Shown: in pieces, positions 25,441 to 33,775 of the stretch
How positions within the stretch are numbered: the stretch's first letter is position 1
Layout: each line of letters begins with the position of its first letter
Assembly (NCBI GenBank): GCA_964574405.1
Contig: CAZNNN010000002.1
Location: 1 to 56,219, forward strand
Length of the DNA: 56,219 bases
DNA from: an uncultured Candidatus Saccharibacteria bacterium
GTDB lineage: Bacteria; Patescibacteriota; WWE3; UBA101185; UBA10185
Reading direction: 5' to 3'
Program-made: the position numbers and the translations under genes
Notes under the pieces: model-generated
Database searches by the model: none
Seen by the model: only the letters and a program-made list of their open reading frames with translations
What the model was told of the DNA's origin: nothing

Positions 25441-26598
25441 TTACAAAAAGGATCTTATGGGGGTTGAGACAAGCATGTCCTTATAATCACCTACTTGTGC
25501 CCTTTTCTTCTTGTGCTCACAAACCACGGATACAATAAAATCAGTAACAAGTGCCTTTAGCTCCCCACCTGTTAATTTTCCACTCTTGTAATCTTCGTAA
25601 GTTTTTTTTACCAAAGTATTATCAGCACAATGAAAATTCAGTAAGCTAAAAACAGGACAAATCTCAGGTATGGCACCAAGATCTCTGTGTACCGAAAGCA
25701 AGGAGACCGACCCTGTGTAAGCTTTTGTGATCTTGGTTTTTATAGTATCCGCATCATCGGTTAAATAAATCGCGGTCTCTGGTTTAGAACCCGACATTTT
25801 TTCCAGAGGGTTTTTGAGGCTGGGTTGAAATTTAAAAACCATCTCGGAAGGAGGTATAAAACCTGTTTTCTTTGCTATATCTCTTGATAGAAGCAGATAT
25901 GGGTGCTGATCTATTCCCACAGGTATGAGTGTGTCTCTTTTCCCCCCAAATTCTGGCAATTGTGGCATAAGTATTTGGGCTAACTGGACTGCTGCCCTGT
26001 AAAAAATCTTGCCTGAATTGTCCAAAGAATCCTCACCAAATATCGATTTTAAATATCCCATGTCCACATACTTACTTAGGTACATTGCAAAATTGTATAT
26101 ATCCGGATAGTCCGAAAGCACATAAAATCTTGTGCGTTCCCTTTTCAATCCAAGGGCTAGAATACTTGGTATTATTTCTCCGTAGCCAATCCTGCGACTG
26201 TCTGCAATACTGGAAACTTTTGAATCAATGTATGACTCGTCACTAGTAATGGGAATGTACACAAATGCCCCTAAGGTTTGTAAATACGAAAGAAGATCAA
26301 ACAAAACCTTGTGTCCAAAGTGTAACGGAGAGGATGGATTGAGCCCCGAAACAACAGTAAAATCCTGCCCTTTTGCCAGGTAAGAGGAGATGTTTTCAAA
26401 ACCCAAATGGGCAAAAACCATATCTCGATCAAAGTGAAAATCCAAAACGCCATAATAAGCCTTTAAATATCTCTTAACTCTGGAAAAGTCCTCTAAACCC
26501 AAATCCTCTATCTTTTTTGAGTATTGTTGAAGTAACAGCTCTTTGAGACCCTTCTTGCTCTCATATTCCCTTATTGCCAATTTTTCATTATCTGTCAT
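25441..26598 (-). CDS. trpS: Tryptophanyl-tRNA synthetase, archaeal/eukaryotic type
   Basis: GLNPSSPLHFGH (HIGH-type) and KMSGSKPETAIYLTDDADTIKTKITKAYTGS (KMSAS-type). AGGAG lies 5-6 nt upstream of ATG 26598; the ORF-track start at 26625 is probably too far upstream. Confidence 0.8.
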   Translation of the reverse strand: MTDNEKLAIREYESKKGLKELLLQQYSKKIEDLGLEDFSRVKRYLKAYYGVLDFHFDRDMVFAHLGFENISSYLAKGQDFTVVSGLNPSSPLHFGHKVLFDLLSYLQTLGAFVYIPITSDESYIDSKVSSIADSRRIGYGEIIPSILALGLKRERTRFYVLSDYPDIYNFAMYLSKYVDMGYLKSIFGEDSLDNSGKIFYRAAVQLAQILMPQLPEFGGKRDTLIPVGIDQHPYLLLSRDIAKKTGFIPPSEMVFKFQPSLKNPLEKMSGSKPETAIYLTDDADTIKTKITKAYTGSVSLLSVHRDLGAIPEICPVFSLLNFHCADNTLVKKTYEDYKSGKLTGGELKALVTDFIVSVVCEHKKKRAQVGDYKDMLVSTPIRSFL

Positions 26599-26605
26599 AT
26601 ATCTC

Positions 26606-27610
26606 CTATAATTCCAACGGTTCAAAAATGTACTTCTGAACCAACCTAATTACATCATTTCCCGAAGGCAAGTTAAAGTTGCTTTCGTTGGCAAGAAGTC
26701 CAAGGTCTTTGGTAATCAGTGCTTTTGCTAGCAAACCGGTTAAATATAACTCCCTAACGGCATTAGGAAGAGTAATATCTGCTGGACAGAACGAGCTTTT
26801 AATAAGCTCTTCAATCTGGTTTAGACTTGTCTTACCCAGGACGACTCTAAAATTCTGTAATTTATTACTACCAGCCTTATATGGGGTTAGACCGTATTTT
26901 TCAACTTCCGGATGTTTAAGAAGATAATCAAACTGAAGACCTAAAGGATAGGTGGGTTTAAGGTAAAAACCTTGCAATGGCAGGCGCTTGAGGCTTTTCC
27001 TAACAATATTTGCCATTCTGTCGTAATTGATCTCGCGCTTAGGACCTACTTTTATATCATAACCGGTTATGAGGGCAACTTCTTCTAGCGAATATTGAAA
27101 CTCCGCCTCACTTTCCTGCTTTAGTTTATTTTTTAGAACGGTCTTTTCTGCCAAATCAGCCATCTCGTGGCTTTCGCTAAAAACTCGCCTAACATTCGCC
27201 AGCGCTTCCTTAAAAGTTGAGGTCTCGAATAAATCGCTCATCCGTTCAAATTTTAGTGCCGTGCGGTATGTCGCACAAATTTTTGACTGCATTTCTGTGT
27301 TTTTACTGATCTGTTTTTTCACACCTTCTTCATCAACGCTTTTATTTCTCACAGAGGCAACATCACCAACAATCACCGTGCCGGCGGTCTTTGTGCCAGT
27401 CTCCGCTAATAACGAATTTAGGACAGAAAGAAAAAAGTAGTATTTTAGAGAATCAATCGTCAACCCAAAAGTATCGTAAGTTTCGCCGTAAACTAATTTA
27501 AAATCTGTAACCCTGCCTATTTCCAGCATCGAATCTTTAATGGGCAACAGGCTATCATCCACAAAATAGGCTCTAAGATTATCTAGTATTTGTTTGTTTA
27601 TATTGGTCAT
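26606..27610 (-). CDS. Hypothetical 334-aa protein between tRNA-Trp and trpS
   Basis: No recognisable motif. The ORF-track N-terminus (27611-27694) reads through the tRNA-Trp gene, so the start is set at MTNINKQ. Confidence 0.6.
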   Translation of the reverse strand: MTNINKQILDNLRAYFVDDSLLPIKDSMLEIGRVTDFKLVYGETYDTFGLTIDSLKYYFFLSVLNSLLAETGTKTAGTVIVGDVASVRNKSVDEEGVKKQISKNTEMQSKICATYRTALKFERMSDLFETSTFKEALANVRRVFSESHEMADLAEKTVLKNKLKQESEAEFQYSLEEVALITGYDIKVGPKREINYDRMANIVRKSLKRLPLQGFYLKPTYPLGLQFDYLLKHPEVEKYGLTPYKAGSNKLQNFRVVLGKTSLNQIEELIKSSFCPADITLPNAVRELYLTGLLAKALITKDLGLLANESNFNLPSGNDVIRLVQKYIFEPLEL

Positions 27611-27615
27611 AGTTT

Positions 27616-27690
27616 TGGTGAGTGGGACAAGAATCGAACTTGTGTTTCTCGTTTTGGAGACGAGAGTTCTAGCCGCTGAACTACCCACTC
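27616..27690 (-). tRNA. tRNA-Trp (anticodon CCA)
   Basis: The reverse complement folds as GAGTGGG TA GTTC AGCGGCTA GAAC T CTCGT CTCCAAA ACGAG AAAC ACAAG TTCGATT CTTGT CCCACTC A CCA. Confidence 0.9.
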
Positions 27691-27695
27691 GCACC

Positions 27696-28010
27696 CTATT
27701 TGTTATAAAAAGGAGGTATGTAGGAAAGACGCTCTTTTAGAATCTTAAAACGCCCTTCTTGTAGCTCCTTTGAACCTCTAGTGACCGTAGCAACCCCCAC
27801 GGAAAGATCTTGAGCTATATTGTGGTGCGACTCCCCTTTTAGTAACCTTGACACTATTTCAAGCCTTAAGGGCAACTCTTGCAACTCTTTCACGGTTAAC
27901 AAACCTACCAGAAAATCCTCCATAGTGGCGCTATCCCCTATGTCCATGAGGACGCTTAGAAGATGCTCAAAATATTTATTTTTATAGATATTGTCTGGTC
28001 TTTTTTTCAT
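27696..28010 (-). CDS. Trp-repressor family protein (TrpR / YerC-YecD-like)
   Basis: LLTVKELQELPLRLEIVSRLLKGESHHNIAQDLSVGVATVTRGSKEL aligns with E. coli TrpR [47 protein letters not shown]. Confidence 0.85.
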   Translation of the reverse strand: MKKRPDNIYKNKYFEHLLSVLMDIGDSATMEDFLVGLLTVKELQELPLRLEIVSRLLKGESHHNIAQDLSVGVATVTRGSKELQEGRFKILKERLSYIPPFYNK

Positions 28011-28025
28011 GCCATTTCTCTTCCT

Positions 28026-28043
28026 GTACTAGTACGCTAGTAT
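28026..28043. promoter_or_regulatory. TrpR-type operator GTACTAGTACGCTAGTAT (CTAG-N4-CTAG)
   Basis: 14 of 18 positions are identical to the symmetric E. coli trp operator GTACTAGTTAACTAGTAC. It overlaps the -10 element and the expected transcription start. Confidence 0.6.
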
Positions 28044-28070
28044 TATACATGGGTATAACGAGTTTGTCAA
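28042..28070 (-). promoter_or_regulatory. Perfect consensus sigma70 promoter TTGACA-17-TATAAT
   Basis: On the minus strand, TTGACA is at 28070-28065 and TATAAT at 28047-28042. Confidence 0.65.
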
Positions 28071-29089
28071 ATGTAGTGCGTGGCTCTTCCGTTCCCTACC
28101 CTCTTTATCAAGCTCATCTCCAAAAGTTTTTTAAAGTCTAATGCGCGGGTAGCTTTGGCTCTAGGGGTTAGCTTTGAATATTGCGCGTCAGTTATAAAAC
28201 CGTGTTTTGAGACATAGTCAAGAAGCAATTTCTCATAAGGCTTTATAGTATTTGCAGGACTAGTACTAACCGTTTCCAACTCGCCCTTTACACGCAATAA
28301 CTCATCTACAACGCCATCGGTGAAGTACTCTAGCCACTGTGTAAAATCAAGCTTTTCGTAAATTTCGTAGTAGTCTCCTAAAACTCCTACTTTTTCAAAA
28401 TATTTGGAAACATTTTTGTTGTAATAATTTTCAAAACTAAACAGATTAAAGGTATCCAGCCCCATTCTTGCCAGTATTACTTTGGTAAGTAATCTAGTGG
28501 TTCGTCCATTCCCGTCCATAAAAGGGTGAATAACCACAAACTGCTTGTGAAAAATACCTGCCAGTATTAACGGGTCTAAAATTTGTTCGTTTTTAGTAAC
28601 AAAGGCGAGAAGGTCTGCTATCAAATTGAGTACATCTTGGTGTTGGGGAGCGAAATAGGCAATAACTCGCGTGGCTGGATTATTAACCACCTCGGAAACC
28701 TTTCTAAAACTGCCACAATTAAAATCGGCTACTAAATCTTTGGTTACAATCTTGTGAACATTCAAGACAAGCTTTTGATCTATTTCCAAAGTTTCGTTTT
28801 TTATCAAAGGGTTAAGCTTCTCTAAAGCCTGATTATAGTTTAAGACCTCCCTTTCACTATCTCTTAAATGCTGGGGGCTGGTTTTTAAAATCCTTCTTAC
28901 TTCCAATAACGGTAACGGATTACCTTCGATTCGCGTGGATGAGTGGGAGGATGACGCCTTGGCAGTTTTTTCCAGTTCCGCCAGCACAATTTGAGGAAAT
29001 TTTTTGTTGTTAAGCTCTGCAGTAATAACTGCCACCCTTTTGATATTTTCTATTATTTTAGGGGTTACCTCGTACTTTGGATTAAACAT
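28067..29089 (-). CDS. Fic-domain protein (AMPylase family) with a C-terminal winged-helix domain
   Basis: HPFMDGNGRTTRLL (HPFxDGNGRxxR) plus the N-terminal inhibitory motif STRIEGN ((S/T)xxxE(G/N)). Confidence 0.9.
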   Translation of the reverse strand: MFNPKYEVTPKIIENIKRVAVITAELNNKKFPQIVLAELEKTAKASSSHSSTRIEGNPLPLLEVRRILKTSPQHLRDSEREVLNYNQALEKLNPLIKNETLEIDQKLVLNVHKIVTKDLVADFNCGSFRKVSEVVNNPATRVIAYFAPQHQDVLNLIADLLAFVTKNEQILDPLILAGIFHKQFVVIHPFMDGNGRTTRLLTKVILARMGLDTFNLFSFENYYNKNVSKYFEKVGVLGDYYEIYEKLDFTQWLEYFTDGVVDELLRVKGELETVSTSPANTIKPYEKLLLDYVSKHGFITDAQYSKLTPRAKATRALDFKKLLEMSLIKRVGNGRATHYI

Positions 29090-29100
29090 ATTAGTCGTAT

Positions 29101-29122
29101 TTTAGACGATTTTTAGACGATT
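29101..29122. repeat. Tandem 11-bp direct repeat TTTAGACGATT x2 (plus a degenerate third copy) just upstream of the fic start
   Basis: Read directly from the sequence: tttagacgatt tttagacgatt. Confidence 0.7.
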
Positions 29123-29133
29123 TGCAACTTAAT

Positions 29134-29841
29134 TTAGATTAATTTATCCCCCAAAAAGCGGAGTTTCTGTTCCTGTGTTACTGCACCCCGCTCGTCGGTT
29201 TCATACAAAACCACATAATCAACTCCATCCACACTTTCTCCATACATGTTGCCCCAAAGACCCTTATATTTATGGATTTTGCCAAACCAATCTTTGAAAA
29301 TCGTTTCCCATTCGGTCTCACCTGATTTTGGGACCATATATGAAACCACGCCAGTCATCAAACGCCCTCGCTTAACATCAATTAGCATTGTTCCTTGACA
29401 CGAGGATCCACACTTGGTGTAAAAAGCAACATGATCATTACCCACCCAAAAAGGAGGATATGTTATCCTCTCCGACTGGTACAAAAGCTTTTCCACTGAC
29501 TCGCCAACACGAAGTAGCTTCACACTAGACTCCGGATCGTTAAAATAAGTTCTAACTACATAGTACCCGTCTGGTGAAATAGCCTGGTAGATACGACCCG
29601 CTGCTGGTCGACCATCTTTGTAATGCGGATCTTCCAAAGATTTAACTCTATTTTCTAAACGGCTTTCGATATCATTCCAATATAGCTCCGCAGTATCTTG
29701 ATCTTCCCTTGTCTGTAACCGTAACTTTTCCAGATCGTTTTTGCGCACAAAGTCTGAACGATCAATGCGCAGATGTATTAGTACACTTACATTTGCTATT
29801 ATTAATGTCGAGATCGACAAAATTAGTAGAAATTTTTTCAT
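29134..29841 (-). CDS. Hypothetical membrane-anchored or secreted protein
   Basis: 235 aa. N-terminal signal/anchor MKKFLLILSISTLIIANVSVLI; no known motif. Confidence 0.55.
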   Translation of the reverse strand: MKKFLLILSISTLIIANVSVLIHLRIDRSDFVRKNDLEKLRLQTREDQDTAELYWNDIESRLENRVKSLEDPHYKDGRPAAGRIYQAISPDGYYVVRTYFNDPESSVKLLRVGESVEKLLYQSERITYPPFWVGNDHVAFYTKCGSSCQGTMLIDVKRGRLMTGVVSYMVPKSGETEWETIFKDWFGKIHKYKGLWGNMYGESVDGVDYVVLYETDERGAVTQEQKLRFLGDKLI

Positions 29842-29864
29842 AATTTCACCGACAGGCTAAAAAA

Positions 29865-31106
29865 TTACAACTTGTAAAAGTATATGTCCCCGAATTTTGC
29901 TTTATATTTATCCGGAGTAGCCCAGCGTGGCCAATCTGGATCTCCTACTGAATAGGAATGAAAATTAGTAGCACCGTTGGTCGGATCTGCTACAATACCA
30001 ACCAATACTTTTTCAGCAACTTCGTACGACAACCTCCACTCTTCTGGTGAGTCGCGATTTGAAGGATAGCGAACTTTATCAACGGTGTGGACATTCCACA
30101 GTCCATCGTATTGGTTCGGTTTCAACATCACTTCTTTTAAGGTTGTTCCTTCATGACCCCCTTTAAACCTGTTTGTAACGGTATAAGCAACTCCAATTCT
30201 AGCCAATTCAGGTTGACCCTCGGTTTCTCCCAGCAAGAGTCGAGCCAAAAGCATTATGTCGGTATCATCGTTATAATTACCCGTCCAATCTGGATCATTT
30301 ACTGTTGGTACTCTCTTAGGGATATCGGGTACAGCACCAAAGTCAAAGGAAGCATTTTCTAGTGTAGGCATACGGTCTGCGATCAGCTCTACCCAATGAA
30401 AGCCTTTTGGCAGCGAGACAGTGAGCTTTAGCGTTTCTGTTTTAGATTGTGCTAGAAAAGGCAACCGACCTCCCAGCAACGACCACATCCACCTAGTTAA
30501 AGAGGTATTGTTCTTCTGCACCACACCGTCAATCTTAATTTTCACATCGTCACTGTCTCTCTTCCGACGAGAATAGGTTATAGTTAGAGTTACTTTTTTA
30601 AGTGGCAGATTATCAAACACAAAAGTAACCCACGGTCTGCGATCTCCGTCTTCAGCTTGAAGTTTAGGCTCTAGCCACAATACTTGCTCAGATTCCCATT
30701 TAGCCGCCTCTGCTCTCTCAACCACAGCTGTACCGGGCGAAGAATCGGCGATATATTCTATTTTATGGCTAGTACCTTCTAAAAAGGTTAAGAAGTAGAT
30801 TGTCTTTGATAGGTTATGTAATTGACCACCACTAAAAGCAGACGGGGCGTCAAAATTATTTGCTTTAGTCTCCCCACCGTACCCAAAGCCCTTTCCATCT
30901 ATTCTTACAGCTAAATCTTCATCATCAGTTGCGCCATTAAGTTGCTTTTCGCTTTTCACTCTAGCTGTGATCCATACAAGATAAAATAAGCGATTTCCAT
31001 AGAAAGCAGCCTCACCCTTGTTACTGATCGTTCTGGAATTTTTATCTTGCAATACGAGTTGCATATTATCGTTAATATACCAAAAAGGCAGAAAATGTAA
31101 ATACAC
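29865..31106 (-). CDS. Protein with a C-terminal SleB-like cell-wall hydrolase domain and an unknown N-terminal region
   Basis: MLLARLLLGETEGQPELARIGVAYTVTNR...NQYDGLW...GATNFHS resembles the Hydrolase_2/SleB family. The start is uncertain (alternative MQLVLQ at 31064). Confidence 0.6.
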   Translation of the reverse strand: MYLHFLPFWYINDNMQLVLQDKNSRTISNKGEAAFYGNRLFYLVWITARVKSEKQLNGATDDEDLAVRIDGKGFGYGGETKANNFDAPSAFSGGQLHNLSKTIYFLTFLEGTSHKIEYIADSSPGTAVVERAEAAKWESEQVLWLEPKLQAEDGDRRPWVTFVFDNLPLKKVTLTITYSRRKRDSDDVKIKIDGVVQKNNTSLTRWMWSLLGGRLPFLAQSKTETLKLTVSLPKGFHWVELIADRMPTLENASFDFGAVPDIPKRVPTVNDPDWTGNYNDDTDIMLLARLLLGETEGQPELARIGVAYTVTNRFKGGHEGTTLKEVMLKPNQYDGLWNVHTVDKVRYPSNRDSPEEWRLSYEVAEKVLVGIVADPTNGATNFHSYSVGDPDWPRWATPDKYKAKFGDIYFYKL

Positions 31107-31129
31107 CGCGGTGTTCGATGTTTCGAGAC

Positions 31130-31252
31130 TCAGTCCCCCAGCTTATCCAGATATTCGGAAACCTCCACCACAAACTTATCAAAGTCGCTCAATTCTTCCT
31201 TAACGATCTTAAAAATCACTTCTGGTTCAACCTGCTCGTTGCGCGCGTTCAC
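31130..31252 (-). CDS. Possible 40-aa ORF (candidate remnant of the MNT partner gene)
   Basis: AGGAGG lies 5 nt upstream of the GTG start. Translation is MNARNEQVEPEVIFKIVKEELSDFDKFVVEVSEYLDKLGD. It overlaps the MNT gene 3' end by 26 nt. Confidence 0.25.
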   Translation of the reverse strand: MNARNEQVEPEVIFKIVKEELSDFDKFVVEVSEYLDKLGD

Positions 31253-31673
31253 TTACCCTCCTTTTGGACTCTTTTACCGCCATCTCGGTGCGATAGTTAA
31301 AAAATGGCAAATAATCCTCGTAATCTCTGCGGGTTTTAAGCTCAAAGTCCACCCTTTTTTCCTGGTTCTTGCAATATAAAACCTTGTTTGGACAAATAAC
31401 ATTAAATCTAAATAGTGGCGACATGCTGTTTATCACAAATGCGTCAACCTTGCGATCCTTTGCCAAAGCTTTGATTTCCTCAAGTATCCCACCCATATAC
31501 TGCAGATCCGGTTTAAAAGAGGGGTCTAGATGCACGCCAATGTCGATGTCACTAGATTCCAAAGCATCGCCCTTAGCAAAAGAGCCATAAAGATACACTG
31601 TGTTTACCTCCGGCTTTTGCGCCAAGGCATTACTAATTAAATTTAATTGACTAGTTATAACGGAATCATTCAT
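31227..31673 (-). CDS. Minimal nucleotidyltransferase (MNT/MntA-like, Pol-beta superfamily)
   Basis: VYLYGSFAKGDALESSDIDIGV (GS...DxD). Confidence 0.8.
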   Translation of the reverse strand: MNDSVITSQLNLISNALAQKPEVNTVYLYGSFAKGDALESSDIDIGVHLDPSFKPDLQYMGGILEEIKALAKDRKVDAFVINSMSPLFRFNVICPNKVLYCKNQEKRVDFELKTRRDYEDYLPFFNYRTEMAVKESKRRVSERAQRAG

Positions 31674-31687
31674 ATGCTTATTTTACA

Positions 31688-33085
31688 CTAAAACTTCTTT
31701 TTAACCCTATACCCTTCAGCGGTGTCGTCAACGGTAAAACCCATCTCATCAATTTGGCGTCTTATATAATCGGCCTTATCCCAAATGCCCACCTTTTTGT
31801 ACTCCCATCGCGTACGAGCCAAATCACCCACCTCTTTAGGCACTTCAAAACCAATTAATGCGTCAAACCCAAAACCCAAAACCTCATCAAACTTTAACAG
31901 TGTGGCAACCTTAATGTCTTCCTCCAAGTCACTCTTAACCAGATCCCACGCCACAGATAAAGCTTTTGGCATATTTAAATCGTCGTTAATAGCCCGCTCA
32001 AACTTTTGCAAAAATTCCGCGGAAACCTGCCCAGTTGAATCTTTTGACACATTGTAACCGGAAACAATTTCGTACAACTTTTTAAGGGAGTTTTGCGCGC
32101 TGGTAAGAGATTCCCAGGTAAAATTTAAAGGCTTTCGATAGTGCCCTGTCATATAAAAATATCTAAGAGAGGCAGGTAAGAATCTTTTTGACTCTAAATC
32201 CGCCAAAGTATAAGTGTTATTTAAGCTTTTTCCCATTTTTCCGCCGTCTACCTGCAAAAATGTTACATGCATCCAAAATTGGGAAAACTTTTTACCGGAA
32301 GCACCTTCACTTTGCGCAATTTCGTTTTGATGATGAATGGATTTGTGATCCTCCCCACCTATATGAATATCTATCTGCTCGCCCAGCTCCTTAAAAATCA
32401 TGGCAGAACACTCCAGATGCCATCCAGGAAAGCCTTTACCCCAAGGAGACTCCCATTCCTGCCACCGCGTAGAGTAGGGCGGAGAGAGCTTCCACAAGGC
32501 AAAATCCAGCGGATGCCTTTTTTGCGGATTTGGCTCAACCCGCGCACCCTCCTTAACACTTTCTTCCGTAAGTCCAGAAAGATGACCGTAATCTTTAAAT
32601 TTGGAAGTATCAAAGTACACCCCATCATCTATCTGGTAGGTAAAACCTTTTTCTTTAAGCCTGCGTACTAGATCAATTTGCTCTTTTATATATTGCGTAG
32701 CGGGGGTAAATTTTTCTGGTTTGGTGAGATTTAGCTTTTCGTAATCTACTATAAACTGATTAGTATAAAAACTTACAATATCCTTTACGCTTTTGCCTTC
32801 TTTTTTGGCCGACACTTCCAGACGATCATCCCCAGTGTCCGCATCGCCCTCGTTATCTCCCGTTAAATGCCCAACATCAGTGATATTCATAATAAACTTG
32901 GTTGAGTAACCGTTAAATTTAAGCACTCTAAGTAAAAAATCAGACAAAGCAAAGGTTCTAAAGTTGCCAATATGCGCAAAAGAGTACACAGTTGGACCGC
33001 AGGTATACATTTTTACCGCTTGAGGATCAATTGAGCTAAATTCTTGTACTTGTTTTGAGAGTGAATTATAAAGTTGCAATGCCAT
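31688..33085 (-). CDS. cysS: Cysteinyl-tRNA synthetase
   Basis: MYTCGPTVYSFAHIGNFRTF (HIGH) and KMGKSLNN (KMSKS). Confidence 0.95.
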   Translation of the reverse strand: MALQLYNSLSKQVQEFSSIDPQAVKMYTCGPTVYSFAHIGNFRTFALSDFLLRVLKFNGYSTKFIMNITDVGHLTGDNEGDADTGDDRLEVSAKKEGKSVKDIVSFYTNQFIVDYEKLNLTKPEKFTPATQYIKEQIDLVRRLKEKGFTYQIDDGVYFDTSKFKDYGHLSGLTEESVKEGARVEPNPQKRHPLDFALWKLSPPYSTRWQEWESPWGKGFPGWHLECSAMIFKELGEQIDIHIGGEDHKSIHHQNEIAQSEGASGKKFSQFWMHVTFLQVDGGKMGKSLNNTYTLADLESKRFLPASLRYFYMTGHYRKPLNFTWESLTSAQNSLKKLYEIVSGYNVSKDSTGQVSAEFLQKFERAINDDLNMPKALSVAWDLVKSDLEEDIKVATLLKFDEVLGFGFDALIGFEVPKEVGDLARTRWEYKKVGIWDKADYIRRQIDEMGFTVDDTAEGYRVKKKF

Positions 33086-33142
33086 GATGAGGTATATTGT
33101 TATCCAAATTTATTAATTTGGCAAATCTTGCCAGTAACTTTT

Positions 33143-33775
33143 TCATATCGACACCCTGCCCTCTAAAGCCTTAGACAAAGTTACTTCATCCGCGTACTCT
33201 ACATCACCGCCTACAGGTAAGCCGCGGGCTAGGCGGGTGATTTTAACTTGATCTACGGAAAATTTGTCACGAATTAAACGGGATATATACAACGCAGTCG
33301 ATTCCCCTTCTAGACTTGTTGATAAAGCTAAAATGAGCTCCGGAATAATAGGCTTGGATATAGCATCAAGCGATTTTATTAGGTCAGCGATTCTTGTCAC
33401 TAGATCGTCTATATACAGCTCCTCCGGATCAATTCCGTTAAGCGGATCAATAATTCCATGCAATACATGATACTTCCCTTTAAAACCCGCTCGTTCCATG
33501 GACACTAAGTCCAAAGGCGTAGACACCACGGCGATAATCTCTTCCTGTCGAGTACTATCTGTACACAAACTACACGGATTACTTTCATCTATGTTTTTAC
33601 AGATTGAACACATTGTTACATCGCTTTTGGCTTTAACAAGATTTTGCGCAAATTTCTCTACTTCTGTAACCGGCATTCGTAAGGTATAAAACGCTAATCT
33701 TTGGGCGCTTTTAGGTCCAATACCTGGTAACTTTTGAAAATCGTCAATAAGTCGCTGAATGGGTCTAGGAATCAT
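33143..33775 (-). CDS. recR: Recombination protein RecR
   Basis: LPGIGPKSAQRLAFY HhH, a C4 zinc finger (CSICKN...CSLC) and a Toprim region. Confidence 0.95.
   Translation of the reverse strand: MIPRPIQRLIDDFQKLPGIGPKSAQRLAFYTLRMPVTEVEKFAQNLVKAKSDVTMCSICKNIDESNPCSLCTDSTRQEEIIAVVSTPLDLVSMERAGFKGKYHVLHGIIDPLNGIDPEELYIDDLVTRIADLIKSLDAISKPIIPELILALSTSLEGESTALYISRLIRDKFSVDQVKITRLARGLPVGGDVEYADEVTLSKALEGRVSI

Noticed and set aside
26606-27694. Full 362-aa ORF as listed in the ORF track
   Set aside because: Its first 28 codons read straight through the tRNA-Trp gene (27616-27690). It was trimmed to the ATG at 27610.
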